A stretch of DNA of 64,000 nucleotides, from NCBI RefSeq assembly GCF_009914755.1, contig NC_060926.1, one strand, 5' to 3'. The translations under genes and the position numbers were made by a program. Source of the stretch: the human T2T-CHM13v2.0 reference genome, Homo sapiens. The notes beneath the pieces are model-generated. The model was given only the letters and a program-made list of their open reading frames with translations, did not search any database and had not been told where the DNA came from. Of the stretch, positions 1-15,000 are shown piece by piece. The stretch's first letter is position 1; each line of letters begins with the position of its first letter.

Positions 1-1274
1 CTTATTGTTAATTCTGCCATGTGCTGACTATTTATTTAAGCAGAATATCCCATGGAAGAAAATTCCCCAAAAGAGTCTCGTTGATGCTTGGCACAACTAC
101 TTGCTAAGTAAGAAAGATCTCTATATCATACAGATTAAGCAAGAGTTACTTGAAAATGTTAAAAATGCCACGTTAGCTGTCACAGACATACTCTTTGATC
201 ATGTGTAGTAACAACAATTCTAACAACTTTATTGAGGGATAATTTACTTATTATACAATTCACCCATTTAAGATATTCACTTCAATGGCATTTAAGATCT
301 TCACAGAGTTGTGCAACCATCACAATTTAGAGCATTTTAATAACCCCCCGAAAAAACGCCATACCCATAGCCGTCATCCCCCAGTGCCATCATCACCAAC
401 ACTAGTCTACTTCTGTCTCTACAGATTTGCCTATTCTGTTTTTTTTGTATCCTGTCCTTTCATTTAACATAATATTTTAAAGATTCGTCTCTGTTGTATC
501 AAGTGTCTGTACTTCATTCCCTTTTATTGCAAATAATATACTATTGCGTGGATATGCCACATTTTATATATTCATTCTCAGTTGATGAACATTTATGTTG
601 TTTCCACTTTCTGACTATTATGAATAATGCTGCCATAAACATTTGTGTACAAGTTTTTGTGTGGACATGGGTTTTAATTTATCTTATGTATTTACTTAGT
701 GAAATTGCTGCATTATATGGTATGTTTAACTTTTTGATGAACTGCCAGACTGTTTTCCTAAAAGGCTGTATCATTTTACATTCCCACCATCAGTGTATGA
801 GGGTTCCAATTTCTCCACACCCTCACAACATTTGTTATTATCTTTTTTATTATAGCCATCCTAGTGGGTGTGAGATGGTACCTTATGACTTTGATTTGCA
901 TTTCCCTAATGATAATGAGCATCTTTTCTTGTGCTTTTTGGCTATTTGTGGAACTGTCTATTCAGATTCTTTACCATTTTAAACTGGATTATTTGTCTTT
1001 TTATCATGCAGTTGTAAAAGGTTTTTTTTAATATCCTAGCTACAAGTTTCTTATCAGATATATGATTTGCAAGAATGTTCTCTCATCCTATGGGCTGTCT
1101 TTTCGCTTTCTTGGTAGTGTCCTTTTGAAGCACAAAAGCTTTTAATTTTGATGATGTCCAGTTTATCTATTTTTTTTTCTTCTGTTGCTTGTGCTTTTAA
1201 TGTCACAACTAAGAAACCATTGCCTAATCCAAGGTCATAAATATTTACACCTATGTTTTCTTCTGAGAATTTAG

Positions 1275-1547
1275 CCAGCACTTTGGGAGGCCAAGGCAGG
1301 CAGATCACCTGAGGTCGGGAGTTCGAGACCAGCCTGACCAACATGGAGAAACCCCGTCTCTACTAAAAATACAAAATTAGCCAGGTGTGGTGGTGCATAC
1401 CTGTAATCCCAGCTACTCAGGAGGCTGAGGCAGGAGATTGGCTTGAACCCAGGAGACAGAGGTTGTGGTGATCCAAGATCACACCATTGCATTCCAGCCT
1501 GGGCAACAGGAGTGAAACTCTGTTAAAAAAAAAAAAAAAAAAAAAAA
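1275..1547 (+). mobile_element. AluSp-like, 5'-truncated
   Basis: Alu dimer with ggtcgggagttcgagaccagcctgaccaacatggag diagnostic stretch and A-tail 1525-1547. Confidence 0.88.
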
Positions 1548-1600
1548 GTACAGTTTTGGCTCTTACATTTAGATCTTTGATACATTTTGAGTTAATTTTT

Positions 1601-2324
<724 letters not shown>

Positions 2325-2841
2325 TGATTCTGGCAGCCTTGCTGAAAATCAGTTGACTACAATTGTGAGAGTTTTTTTCTGAATTTTCAATTTTATTCCA
2401 TTAGCCTATATGTCTATCCTTATTCCAATGTCACACCATCTTGATTACTGCAGCTTTGAAGTAAGTTTTACAATCCAGTAGCATGACTCCTCCAACTTTG
2501 TTTTCCTTTTTCAAGATCGTTTTGGCTATTCCAGGTCCCTTGAACTTTCACATGAGTTTTACAATGAGCTTGTCAGTTCCTGAAAAGAAGCCAGCTAAGA
2601 TTTTGATAAGAATGGCATTGAACCTGAAGATCAATTTGGGGAATATTTACCTCTTAACAACATTAAGTCATCTGATCTATGAACATGTGGTGTTTTTCCA
2701 CTTATTTGGATCTTCTTTAACTTTATCCAACAATATTTCATAGTTCTCAGAGAAGAAGTTTTATACTTCTTTTGTTAAACTTATTTTTAAGCAATCTATT
2801 CTTTCTGATACTATTGTAAATTGAATTGCTTTCTTAATTTT

Positions 2842-3219
2842 TGCTATGATTTAAATGTGTTCCCCAAAGTTCCTTTATTAGAAACTTATCCCCAGTACAG
2901 CAGTGTTAAGCAGTGATTAGATCATGAGGACTCTGAGCTCATGAATGGGTTAATGTCATTGTCATATGAGTGATTTAGTTATCACAAGAATGGGCTTCTT
3001 ATAAAAGCAAGTTTGGGCCTCTCTTGCTGTCTTGCTCTCTTGCCCTCTCTTGCCTTTCTGCCCTGCACCATGGAATGAGACAATATAGAGGCCCTTGTCA
3101 GATACCGTATCATGCTCTTGGACTTCAGCCTCCAGAACCATAAGCCAAATAATTTATTTTCTTTATAAATTACCCAGTCTCAAGTATTCTATTATAGCAG
3201 CACAAAACAGACTAAAACC
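2842..3219 (+). mobile_element. MST-family (MSTB/C-like) MaLR solo LTR
   Basis: Begins TGCTATG..., ends ...ttacccagtctcaagtattctattatagcagcacaaaacagactaaaac; 5-bp TSD ATTTT (2837-2841, 3220-3224). Confidence 0.8.
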
Positions 3220-3559
3220 ATTTTCTCCCTTCTCATTACTACTGTATAGAAATACAGTTGATTTTTGTATCCTGTAATCTTGCCTAACTTGTTTATTGGT
3301 TTTAATAGTTTTTGAGTGAGTTCCCTAGTGTTTTGTATATACAAAATCATGTCACCTTCAAATAAAGATAAATTTACTTCTTCTTTTCCAATCTAGATGC
3401 TTTTATTTTTCTTACTTAATTGCCCTAGATAGAACCTACAACACAATGTTGAATAGATGTTATAAGAGCAGATCCTTGCCTTGTTCCTGATCTTAGAAGA
3501 AAAGCATTCAGTCTTTCATCATTAACCATGATGTTAGCTGTCAACTTTTCATGGATATC

Positions 3560-3905
3560 TTCTATGGTTTGGCTGTGTCCCCACCCAAATCTCATCTTGA
3601 ATTCTCATGTGTTGTGGGAGGGACCCAGTGGGAGGTAATTGAATCACGGGAGCAAATCTTTCCCGTGCTGTTCTCGTGACAGTGAATAAGTCTCACGAGA
3701 TCTGATTGTTTTAAAAAAGAGGAGTTCCCCTGCGCAAGCATTCTCTCTTTGCCTGCTGCCATCCATGTAAGGCGTGACTTGCCATGCCATGATTGTGAGG
3801 CTTCCCCAGCCACGTGGAATTGTAAGTCCAATTAAACCTCTTTCTTTTGTAAATTGCCCAGTCTTGGGTATGTCTTTATCAGCAGCGTGAAAATGGACTC
3901 ATACA
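3560..3905 (+). mobile_element. THE1 (THE1A/B-like) MaLR solo LTR
   Basis: tatggtttggctgtgtccccacccaaatctcatcttgaa start and ...aaatggactcataca end; near-TSD ATATC/CTATC. Confidence 0.88.
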
Positions 3906-6900
3906 CTATCCCTTATCAGGTTGAGGAAGTTCTCTTCTATATTCCTAGTATGTGGAGTGTTTCTCTCAAGAATTTTTAGGCCACTATTTGGATCAAGTGA
4001 AGGAAGACAGAAAAATTAAATAAATCGTGGAAGACTAATATTGAACTTGAGAAAGAAAGTTTACTTTGATGGATTTTTGCTGATAATACTGCTACAAGAG
4101 TATGCAATAATTATTACCAATTTAAAGTTTGAGTTACTGTAATTCTCATAACCTGTTTAATGACCTATCCATTAGCCTTCTACAAGGAAAAATACACTTC
4201 CTTATTCCACTTAACATTCTCTTATTTTTTCTGTAGGTCTCAGGAACTTGAGTATGATGCTAAGAAGTGTAAGGACAAGGGTTCTATCATAATGCACAAT
4301 TTCAGTAGGTCACCCAGGATTCTGATAGGTCACCTAATACACTATAGCTTTAATAAGATTTGTCACTAGTGAAGGATGAGCAGGGAATCCTTATTCCCAA
4401 ATATTTAAACTTATCTTCTCATCCAAAGAAAACACAGAACCATGCCCTTTCTCTGGGCAGGGAATTCCCAGTCACAGAGAAGTTTTCAGTGGTGAATTTG
4501 TGCACTCACCCATCAATACCTTCAAAAAAGTATTCCTCTGAAGCCAGGAATTGCCTTTGGAAATGCCAGATGGCTTCTGATGGAAAGGATAAACTGAAAA
4601 ATGCTCTGAGGGCTTCAGTCAGAGACTGTGTGAAGGATCAAACAGCAAATCTAAAAAGAGGGTTTTAAGCAAAACATAATAGAGTCACATATATCATAAT
4701 GGGAAATTTACTTTTATAAAAAAGAGAGAGGAGCTCCTAGCAAAGAACTTGGTGATAAAGAGGGAAGAGATTGACCATTCTCTAATGATCCCGCAATCCA
4801 GACATGGGATTTTGCAGAGGGTGATCTTTAAGAAATGCCTGTATATCTAGGCCTTATAGATTATAAGAAATCCAAGCCATTTCCACAGCAAATTCTTGCC
4901 ATTACTGCCATCAAGATCTCCATGAGAATAGGACAGAAAAATATCCAAAAGAGGCACAGGGAGAAGTTGATCAGTTCCAGCCATGTGATATGAAGAAGCC
5001 CTTGAGGACCAAGCAGGTCAGTGTCACTATCTAGGAACCTACAGCAGCACAGTACAGTGGAGCACAGAGAGAAAGACCTCAGCATAACTACAGAGTTAAG
5101 TCCACTGCAAGTGCACTGCAGGATGGCAAGACTTTCCTGGGTAGAGTGAGATCTGATACGGACTTTGAAAGTCAGGAAATGTATATACAGACTGCACAAA
5201 AGCTAAAGCTGAAGAACTGATCAAAAATGTCAAGCCAGGAAATCTTCCATACTCCTGCCATCTCAGCATGTTCATAAGGAAACACTCTCTATTCAGGCCA
5301 TTATGCCACTGATGGTTTCAACATCAGGAAGCAGGCCTGGTTCATTTATACTGACTAGAATAACTAAAATCAAAGAAGTGACTAACTAAGATAGGAGTTA
5401 CTATGTTATCTTTTGTATGAACAAGATCTTTAATACACTATTGTAAACAGCAGAGAACTCTAAACCACCTAATACGAAAGTGGGAAGAACCATTTAGCAA
5501 TGATTGTGAGATACAACCCTTGGGCTGGCATGCATACATAACTCACTTCTATGGTACAGCCCCTTCTTCCACCTGAGAATCATTCACCTTCCACCTTCCT
5601 GAGAGACAACTATCACCGGGACAAATCAAAGGACAGGAAACCGCATGCTAATTCTGCAGGAATCCTCTTCATGGCTTTAACTGATGCATCTCCTTTCTGT
5701 ATTTTATGTACTTAACCATGTTCTTGGGTATATGTATTGGGTGACTAGAGCCCACATGAGGGTATGTTTTATGCACATTTATTTTCTGCATATTTAAAAT
5801 GTTTCATAAAGAAAATTAGTTCACATACATGAGAAATTGCACATGTTACATATGCTTGTAACAGACCAATAGCTTGTGATAAAGCCACTGAGAACCAAGA
5901 TCACTATGTAATATTAATGACAGTTTGTCCTGTTTGCGAGAAAAATATTTCTCCAACTTTTTAAGTTCAAAAGCATTTCATGAGTGTGTTACCATTTTGG
6001 TATTTAAATAGCAACCCCAAGAAATAAGTTATTTGTGTTTTGTATATTGTAATTCATTGTAAACTCTTGGAACACTTTTCAGCAAAGTAAAAAGCAAATG
6101 GTTTATATAATCAAGGCCTTTTGAAATAAAAACTATAAAAGAAGTTGTTCCAAAAATAGAGAAGGAGGGAATTCTCTCTAATACATTCTATGAGGCCAGT
6201 ATTATCCTGATACCAAAACCAGATAAGGACACAACAAAAAAAGAAAAATATAGACCAATATCCCTGATAAATATAGACTCAAAAATCCCCAACAAAATGC
6301 TAGCAAACTAATTCAATGGTACATCAAAAAGATAATATAATATAAAGATAATATCAAAAAGACAATATCAAGTGGGTTTTATCCAGGGATGCAAGGATGA
6401 TTTAACGTATGCAAATCAATAAATGTGATACATCACATAAACAGATTTAAGGACAAAAATCATATGATCATCTCAATAGACTCAGAAAAGCATTGATAAA
6501 ATTCAGCACCCCTTCATGATAAAAACCCTCAACAAATTAGGCATAGAAGGAACATATCTCAAAATAACAAAGCCCATGTAAGATAACCTCACAGCCAACA
6601 TTACATTGAATGAGGAAAAGTTGAAAACATTTCCTCAAAAATCTGGAAGAAAACAAGGATGCCCACTTTTACCACCTGTCTTCAACATAGTACTAGAGTC
6701 CTAGCCAGAGCAATCAAGCAAGAGAAAGAAGTAAAAGGCATACAGTTTGAAAAAGATGAAGTCAAATTATTCCTGTTTATTGATGATATGGTATAGTATG
6801 ATATATCCAAAAAATAAAATTTAAAACTTCACCAAAAACGCTTAAATTTGATAAATGAATTTAGAAAGTTGCAGAATACAAAATCAACATACGAAAATCA

Positions 6901-6930
6901 GTAGCATTTCTAGATATTGATAATGATCTA

Positions 6931-7431
<501 letters not shown>

Positions 7432-8523
7432 TTACTATCAATAAAATGACCATACTGTCCAGAGCAATCCACAGATTCAATGTAAACCCTAAAAAATACC
7501 AACATCACTTTTCACAGAATTAGAAAAAGCAATCCTAAAATTATGTGGAACCAAAAAAGACCCCAAATAGCCAATGCAATCCTAAGAAAAAAGAAAAAAG
7601 CTGGAAGCATCACATTATCTGACATCAATTATATTACAAGGCTATAGTAGCCTTGTAATAAATGAAGTGCTGACATCAAATTATATTACAAGGCTATAGT
7701 AATGAAAACAGCATGGCACTGTTATAAAAATAAATACATAGATCAATGGAACAGAATAGAAAACCCAGAAATAAAGCCACATATTTGCAGCCAACCAGTC
7801 TTTGGCAAAGTCAACAAGAACATACAATAGGAAAAAGACACCTCTTTCAGTAAATGGTGGTGGGAAAATTGGATTGCCATTTGCAGAAGAATGAAACTGG
7901 ATCCCTATCTCTCACTATATACAAAAACCAACTAAAGATGAACTAAAGACTTAAAAGTAAGACCTGAAACTATAAAAATACTAGAAGAAAACCAAGGGAA
8001 ACTCTTCTTGACATTGGTCTAGGCAAAGAATTAATGACTAAGACCTCAAAAGCACAGGCAACAAAAAATAGGCAAATGGGACTTAATTATCTAAGAAGCT
8101 TCTGCTCGGCAAAAGAAATAATCAGCAGAATAAATGAATAATCTGCAGAATGGGAGAAAATACTTGCAAACTATGCATCTGACAGGGGACTAATATCCAC
8201 AATACACAAGGAACTCAACAACAATAACAAAGAAAAGAGATAATCCAATTAAAAAACAGGCAAAGGGACATAAATAGACATTTTTCAAAAGACATACAAA
8301 TGGCTAACAGGTATATGAAAAATACTCAACATCACTAATCATCAGAGAAATGCAAACTAAAACCACAATGAGATATTATCATACCCCAGTTAGAATAGCT
8401 ATTACTAAAAAGTAAAAAAATAACAAATGTGAGTGAAGATGCAGAGAAAAGGGAATACACATTTCCACTCTTTGTGGGAATGTAAATTAGTGCAACCTCC
8501 ATGGAAAACAGTATTTAAAAAAA

Positions 8524-8732
<209 letters not shown>

Positions 8733-9540
8733 TAGGTATCTACCCAAAGGAAAGGAATCAATATATCAAAAAGATAATTGCACTCATATGTTTATCACAA
8801 CACTGTTCACAGTAGCAAAGACATGGAATCGACCTACATGTCCATCAATGGATGACTGGATAAAGAAAATGTCATATATATACACAGTTGAATACTATAT
8901 TCGACCATAAAAATATATAAAATCATGTCTCTTGCAGCAACGTAGATGGCACTGGAGACCACTGTCTTAATTGAAACAAGTAAGACACAGAAAGGCAAAT
9001 ATCACATGTTCTCACTCAGAAGGGAGAGCTAAATATTATGTACACATGAATGTAGAGAAAGGGATGGTAGACAATGGAGACTCAGAGGGGTGAGAAGGTG
9101 GGAAGGGGATGGAGGATAAAAAAAAAATTACTTAATGAGCACAGTGTACATTATTCAGGTGATGGAAACCCTAAAAGCTGTGACTCAACCACTAATGTAG
9201 TCTACACATGTAACAAAATTACTTTTACCCCATAAATTTATACAGAAAAGAGTGTCCACCCAAAAAAAATATAAAGAAATTGATGCTGGAAAGGTTAAGT
9301 GAATTATACTTAGCCACACAGTAACACAACTAGAAGTAGAACTAAGCTCCAAACGTGATGGCCCTATTGCATAGCTGTTCCTTCTAGACCTTTACACCTT
9401 TATAGTTAGTACCATAATACATCCTCACTTAAAGGAACAGGCATGTGAACACCATCTTTTCCCAAGTTGGCCACAGAAGGGTGTGATCCAAGGCCATGGC
9501 CCTAGACCAGGTTGGGACACCTCCCTGCCCAACAGCATTA

Positions 9541-9550
9541 CATACACACA

Positions 9551-9592
<42 letters not shown>
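9541..9592. repeat. (CA)n microsatellite
   Basis: Direct reading; two TA interruptions. Confidence 0.95.
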
Positions 9593-9595
<3 letters not shown>

Positions 9596-10524
9596 TAAGG
9601 CTTGTTTGGACAGAACGGTGTTGATAGCTAGTGGAGGGCTAAGGGGAGGGCTGCTGTTAACAGTTATGCAGGATGTCCACTGAATAACCCATGGGGGAGC
9701 CATTCACATTGTAGATATTATAGGCTGTGTATTTATCATGACAGCTTTCTGGCACATTAAAAGTCCCTTGAAGAGGAGACACCTTTTTCTATCTCACACA
9801 AAGGCTCCATATGGGTTGGGGAGGGACAAGGCCAGCAAGAACAGGAATGGGGTAGGTAGGGTAGGGTAGGATCAGTGAAAGAACCAAATTGATGTAGGAA
9901 ATGGCCAGGCCTGGGCGTAATCATCAAGGCTGAGGTTGGTTCCAGAGAAGGGTCAGAAGAGGCTGGTGAGTGAATGAGATGAAGAAAGGGAGACAATAAA
10001 TGGAGCCAATTTTCTGAAAAGTTGGCTTGTGAGTGCTTACAAAGAAATGAAATAGTGGCTGGAAAAGTAGCTGCCATCAAGGGAAGATCTCTGTTTTGGT
10101 TTTATTTTTAAGGATGGAATATAGTAATGCTTAATTGTATGATGATAGGAATATCAAGGAAACAGAGATCAATAATGCAGAAAGAGACAATGGAGGGGCT
10201 GAAAGTAAAGTCCACAAGAATGTGAAACAGGACAGAAGAAGCAAGGAAGGGGAGACAGCAGCTTCATAAATAGAGTGAATGTTGAGGGACTTCCCTCTTA
10301 CCTAATATTTCATCCTGCTTGTGAGTCATGAGAACCATAGCTGTCCACAGATATTTGGTGAACAAATCCACCAAACAATATCTATAAAAAGATGTATACC
10401 CAATCAAGACAGAATAAGTACAAAAACACAGGACACCAACCTCTGAGGAGCTGAAGGAGAAAATTAGGATAAAATTATGAAGGATCCTCATTCAACATAC
10501 TTTTTTTTTCTTTTCAACTTTCAG

Positions 10525-10715
10525 GTGGTTTTTGCTCTTACAGACTTTGTGATAGAAAATCTTGGAAAACAGTTTATAGAGACACCACCTGTGGACCTGC
10601 CTACCCTGTATCAAGACATGTCATGCAACACTCCCCTGGTATTCATCCTAAGCACAGGCTCAGATCCCATGGGTGCATTTCAGAGGTTTGCCAGGGAAAG
10701 TGGATATTCAGAACG
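10525..10715 (+). CDS. DNAH6: DNAH6 coding exon A (191 nt; [17 protein letters not shown]...[23 protein letters not shown])
   Basis: Polypyrimidine tract + ttcag acceptor ending 10524; donor CG|gtaagt at 10716; phase 0 to 2; start of AAA6. Confidence 0.93.
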
Positions 10716-11443
10716 GTAAGTTCATGTTGTGCAGTTTTAATAATGCAAATGCATATGAACATCTCTTTGTTAAAATTTGCCTTTGTTCTTCCCCTTGTAG
10801 AGCATAAATTCTTACATTCAGGTATCACTTACTACATAAATTTAAGATATGTTAATAGTTAGCTATTGTTAAAACAGGGTCAAAAGTCATAAACGTAGCT
10901 GTAAATTTTATTTAAGCAAAGGAGAAATTGCTTAAAATATTAAAGTTTAATAATCTAGTGGAATAATTATTGAAATTTGTTTGGTATTTAAGACAGGATT
11001 TTAACATAACCAAAAAGGTACTGCAGTTTACTCTCTATAATCAAATGTACAAAAAAAGAGCTCTTCATGTTCTATTATTAATCTCTTCTTTTTCATGAGT
11101 CTTCACTCTTCTGGGTAATAGGGACAAGGGGGATGTTTAAACTTGCCCATTTACATTATTTTCTTCTGACTTAAATGTCTCCTTTACAGTAAGCTGATTT
11201 GGTTTTTTTTAATGAAAGTTCAGTCTTCCTGACTCCTTTTTCTATCCCTAATCCTCTCCAAGATGTCATCCAGGTAGGTAAAAAAGTATGCAAGACCACA
11301 CAATGGCAGAGGAGAATAGGGGTCTCAGATCCACGAGGTAGCCTCCAGCTCTGATGGGTTCCTTCATGGAGTGGCTGGTCTGGCCTGGTCCCTGGACGTG
11401 GAATTAAGGATGGATTCCATTTCTTCATTTGGAGTTCATGTTC

Positions 11444-11483
11444 TGTATTAGTCAGCAGTCTCCAGAGAAATAGAACTGATAGG

Positions 11484-11540
<57 letters not shown>

Positions 11541-11974
11541 AAGTTGCAAGATTTACAGGCAACAACTGGAAACTCAGCACAGCTGATGTGTAGTTCCAGT
11601 CTGAGTCCAAAAGCCTGAGAGCCAGGAGAGCTGATGGTATAAGTACCAGTCCAAAACTCAGCAGGCTTGAGACACAAGAAGAGCCAATGTTTCAGTCTGA
11701 GTCTAAAGGCCAGAAAAAAACCGATGTTCCTGCTTAATAGTCAGGCAGGAGAAGTTCTCTCTTATTCAGCCTTTTTATTATATTCAGGTCTTCAATTGAT
11801 TAGCTAAGTCCCGCTCACTTAGCTTAGGAAGGGCAATTTGCTTTACTCCATCTATTAATTGAAATGCTAATCTCACCCAGAAACACCCTTACAGATATAT
11901 CCAGAATAATGTTTGACCAAATATGTAAATATCTCATGCCTCAGACAAGTTGACACACAAAATTAATCATCAAA
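11444..11974 (-). mobile_element. MLT2-family (ERVL) solo LTR containing (TG)n at 11484-11537
   Basis: tgtattagtcag...ctccagagaaa start and caagttgacacacaaaattaatcatca end (antisense MLT2 termini); near-TSD TGTTC/TGATC. Confidence 0.8.
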
Positions 11975-12009
11975 TGATCCTAAACATTTGCCTTTGGTTC
12001 TGAAATCTC

Positions 12010-15000
12010 AACAAAGTATTACTACAGACTTATTAAGAGTTTCTGTGAATCAGTAAGAAAAAGAAAACAACCCAAAAGGAATAAAGTCAAAAAATACAAA
12101 CAGAATTATCAGAAAAGGAAAACTAAATGCCCAATGAGCATATGAAAAGATGTCCAGCCTTACTAGTAATTTGGAAACAACAAATTAAAACCATGAAAAG
12201 ATGCCATTTCACACCTATCCAACTGGCAAAATGGTAGCAAAGATATGGAGCTATGGAAACAATTCATACTGCAAGGGGAGTAAAAAATAAGCAAAAATTA
12301 TTTGGCAGTATATATTAAAGTCGGAGGGCATCTTCAATAGCTCAACAATTCACTACTGAATTTGCATCATAGAGAAAAAATCAATCATATTTGTATGAGA
12401 AGCCACATTCAAGTCCTTTTTTTATAATTTCAACTTTTAGACTTCTGTGATATTTCATTTTCTGTTCCTGCATTAATTCATTTAAGATAATGGCCTCCCA
12501 CTGCATCCATGTTGCTGCAAAGAACATATTATTCTTTTTTATGACTGCATAGCATTCCATGGTGTATATATACATTTCCTTTATCCAATCCACTGTTGAT
12601 GAGTACCTACCTAAGTTGATTCCGTATCGTTGCTACTGTGAATAGTGTCAAGAACATTTACAGAAACATTGTTTGTAATAATAAAAGTTGGAAATAACCT
12701 AAATTTCCAACTAGAAAATGAGTATATAAATTGATATATTCATAAAATGTAATATAATACACTATGGCCATGAAAATGAATAAACTAGAATAATAATGTC
12801 TATCAATATGACTATGTCACACAAACTAATATTGAGCAAAAAAATTACATTTCAGAAGAACTTAAATATTCAAGAAGTAGAATAAAATATGTAAAATTAT
12901 TAAACAAGCAAATAATTGCATGTATTATTTAGGAATTCATATTTTTTTAAAAAGTGTAAAGAAAGGTAGAGAAATTATATGAAATCCAGAATAGAAGTGA
13001 CCTTGGGAGTGGAGGTTAGGTAATGAGAGAGAAGTAAACAAGGAAAGGCAGACTGAAGGCTCAGATCATGTAGATAATGTTTTATTTCTTAAGCTGGATT
13101 GTGGATACATGAATATGCGTTGTATTAACTTCATCGCTTTTGTGACTCTTAACTATTTCATAATAATTTTTAAAGTAAAGGTAGAATTCAAGATGACAAT
13201 TAGAAAATTAGGAAGGTTATTAATCAGTAGCTAATGAGTGCTAATTTCTTGATATATTCAGGAGGAAAAAAGAAGTATAGAATCACTATATTCGCTTAGG
13301 AAAATTCGTGGTTTCATGTAAGTGTTAAAATTTTAGGGGAAAAGACTAAAAGGATAAATGATCTGTAGTTTCCAAACAAGCAGAGGAGAAAAAGGATATA
13401 CAGTCGAATATTTCCATCCAAAAGCAGATAGGAATAAAGAAAATCAAAAATGAAGTATAGTAAACCAAAAAGTCAAACTAGAGAGTAGAAATTAATGCAA
13501 ATACCTAAATAGGTATAAATATCTCACCTAAGAACAAATAAAAGTGATCAAGTTAGATTTCAAAAACAATTTTTATTTATATGCTATTTAGAAACCACAT
13601 GTACAATACAAAAACAATACAGAAGGTAGAAAATAAAGAAATTCAAAAGATATATGCCATGCAAATACTAATGAAAAGAGAGCTAGTAACAGTTCCAATG
13701 TATATCACAAAACAGCGTTTGAAGCAAAAGATTTTATTAAGGATTAAAAGGAAAACTACATGGTATACAAAACAATCCACAAAGAAGAGACACCAATTGT
13801 GAAACTGTACACAACTAACAACAAATGTTGAATTTATAAAGCAAAAATGGAGAAATTTATACAAGAAAAAATTGATAAATCAACATTAATATGGAAAATT
13901 TTAACACATCCGATAGAAACTGTCATGAAGCAAACAAAAGTTGCAAAATGGGTAAAAATATAAAATATTCAGACAGTGAAATTAAGAACTTTGATTTCTA
14001 TACTTAACAAATATAACAAATGCAAGATTTTCAAGTATCCATGGAACATTTACAAAAATTAGCCATGCTTTTAGAAAGACACATATTTCTAAAAGAAGAC
14101 AGATATTTTCTCTGACCACAATAAAATCTTGGGAATCTATCTTAAAACATTATTTTTTAAACATTTTGGGAAACAAAAAAATGCACTTCTGCACATCCAT
14201 GTGTTAAAGGGAAAACAAAATGGGAATTTCCGTAAGTGGAAGTAGATGACAAAAACAATATTACATATAAAAACCTGTAGGATGTAGTAATGTGGCACTT
14301 AGAGGTAAATTGATGCATATTTGTGGACTTCTCATTCCAGTAATAACAAACTAAGGACTCAGATCAATATTTCCACTAAGAACACCTAGAAAACATAGAC
14401 AAAATATTTAAGGAAATATATGTTTGAAGGTCTGGAGAATTAATAAAATAGTGAAGAATATTTAGGAGGAAAGGAAAACCTAGAGCAATGAGCCCGGCAC
14501 TCATGGCCATTTTTTTCCTAGAGGCACCAGAGGAGGAGGCTAAGGGGCTGTGAAGTGAGCCAGACATTTTGATTGCTTCAAAGGACAAAGGAGACAAAAT
14601 AAGAACCCAAAGCCCACTAAGTAGGAGGGGAGGCTGGTAAACCCCCTTACTTTAGGTTTGCACTCCAAGGAGATTTATCAAAACAAATAATGCCAGGTAA
14701 GAAATAAATGGTTTGTGGAAGAGGTGAAGATGATCCCTGACTACTAGTATCTCTGGATGCCTGCCAGAAAACATAAATCTTATCTGGGGGAACAGAAAAT
14801 TTTAGCTGCACAAGGAAATGTATACAAGAGAACCCCGGACTACATGTTTAAAAACCAAGAAAAACAGTGTCTATTAGAAACAGAGCACAGAGTATCCTGA
14901 TAATGGATATACGACATTAATTTTAAGATAACTTTAAAATGTTCAAGGAAATAAAAAATTGAGAAAATTGGCAGACAATTTAAATTACTTCAAATAAAAT

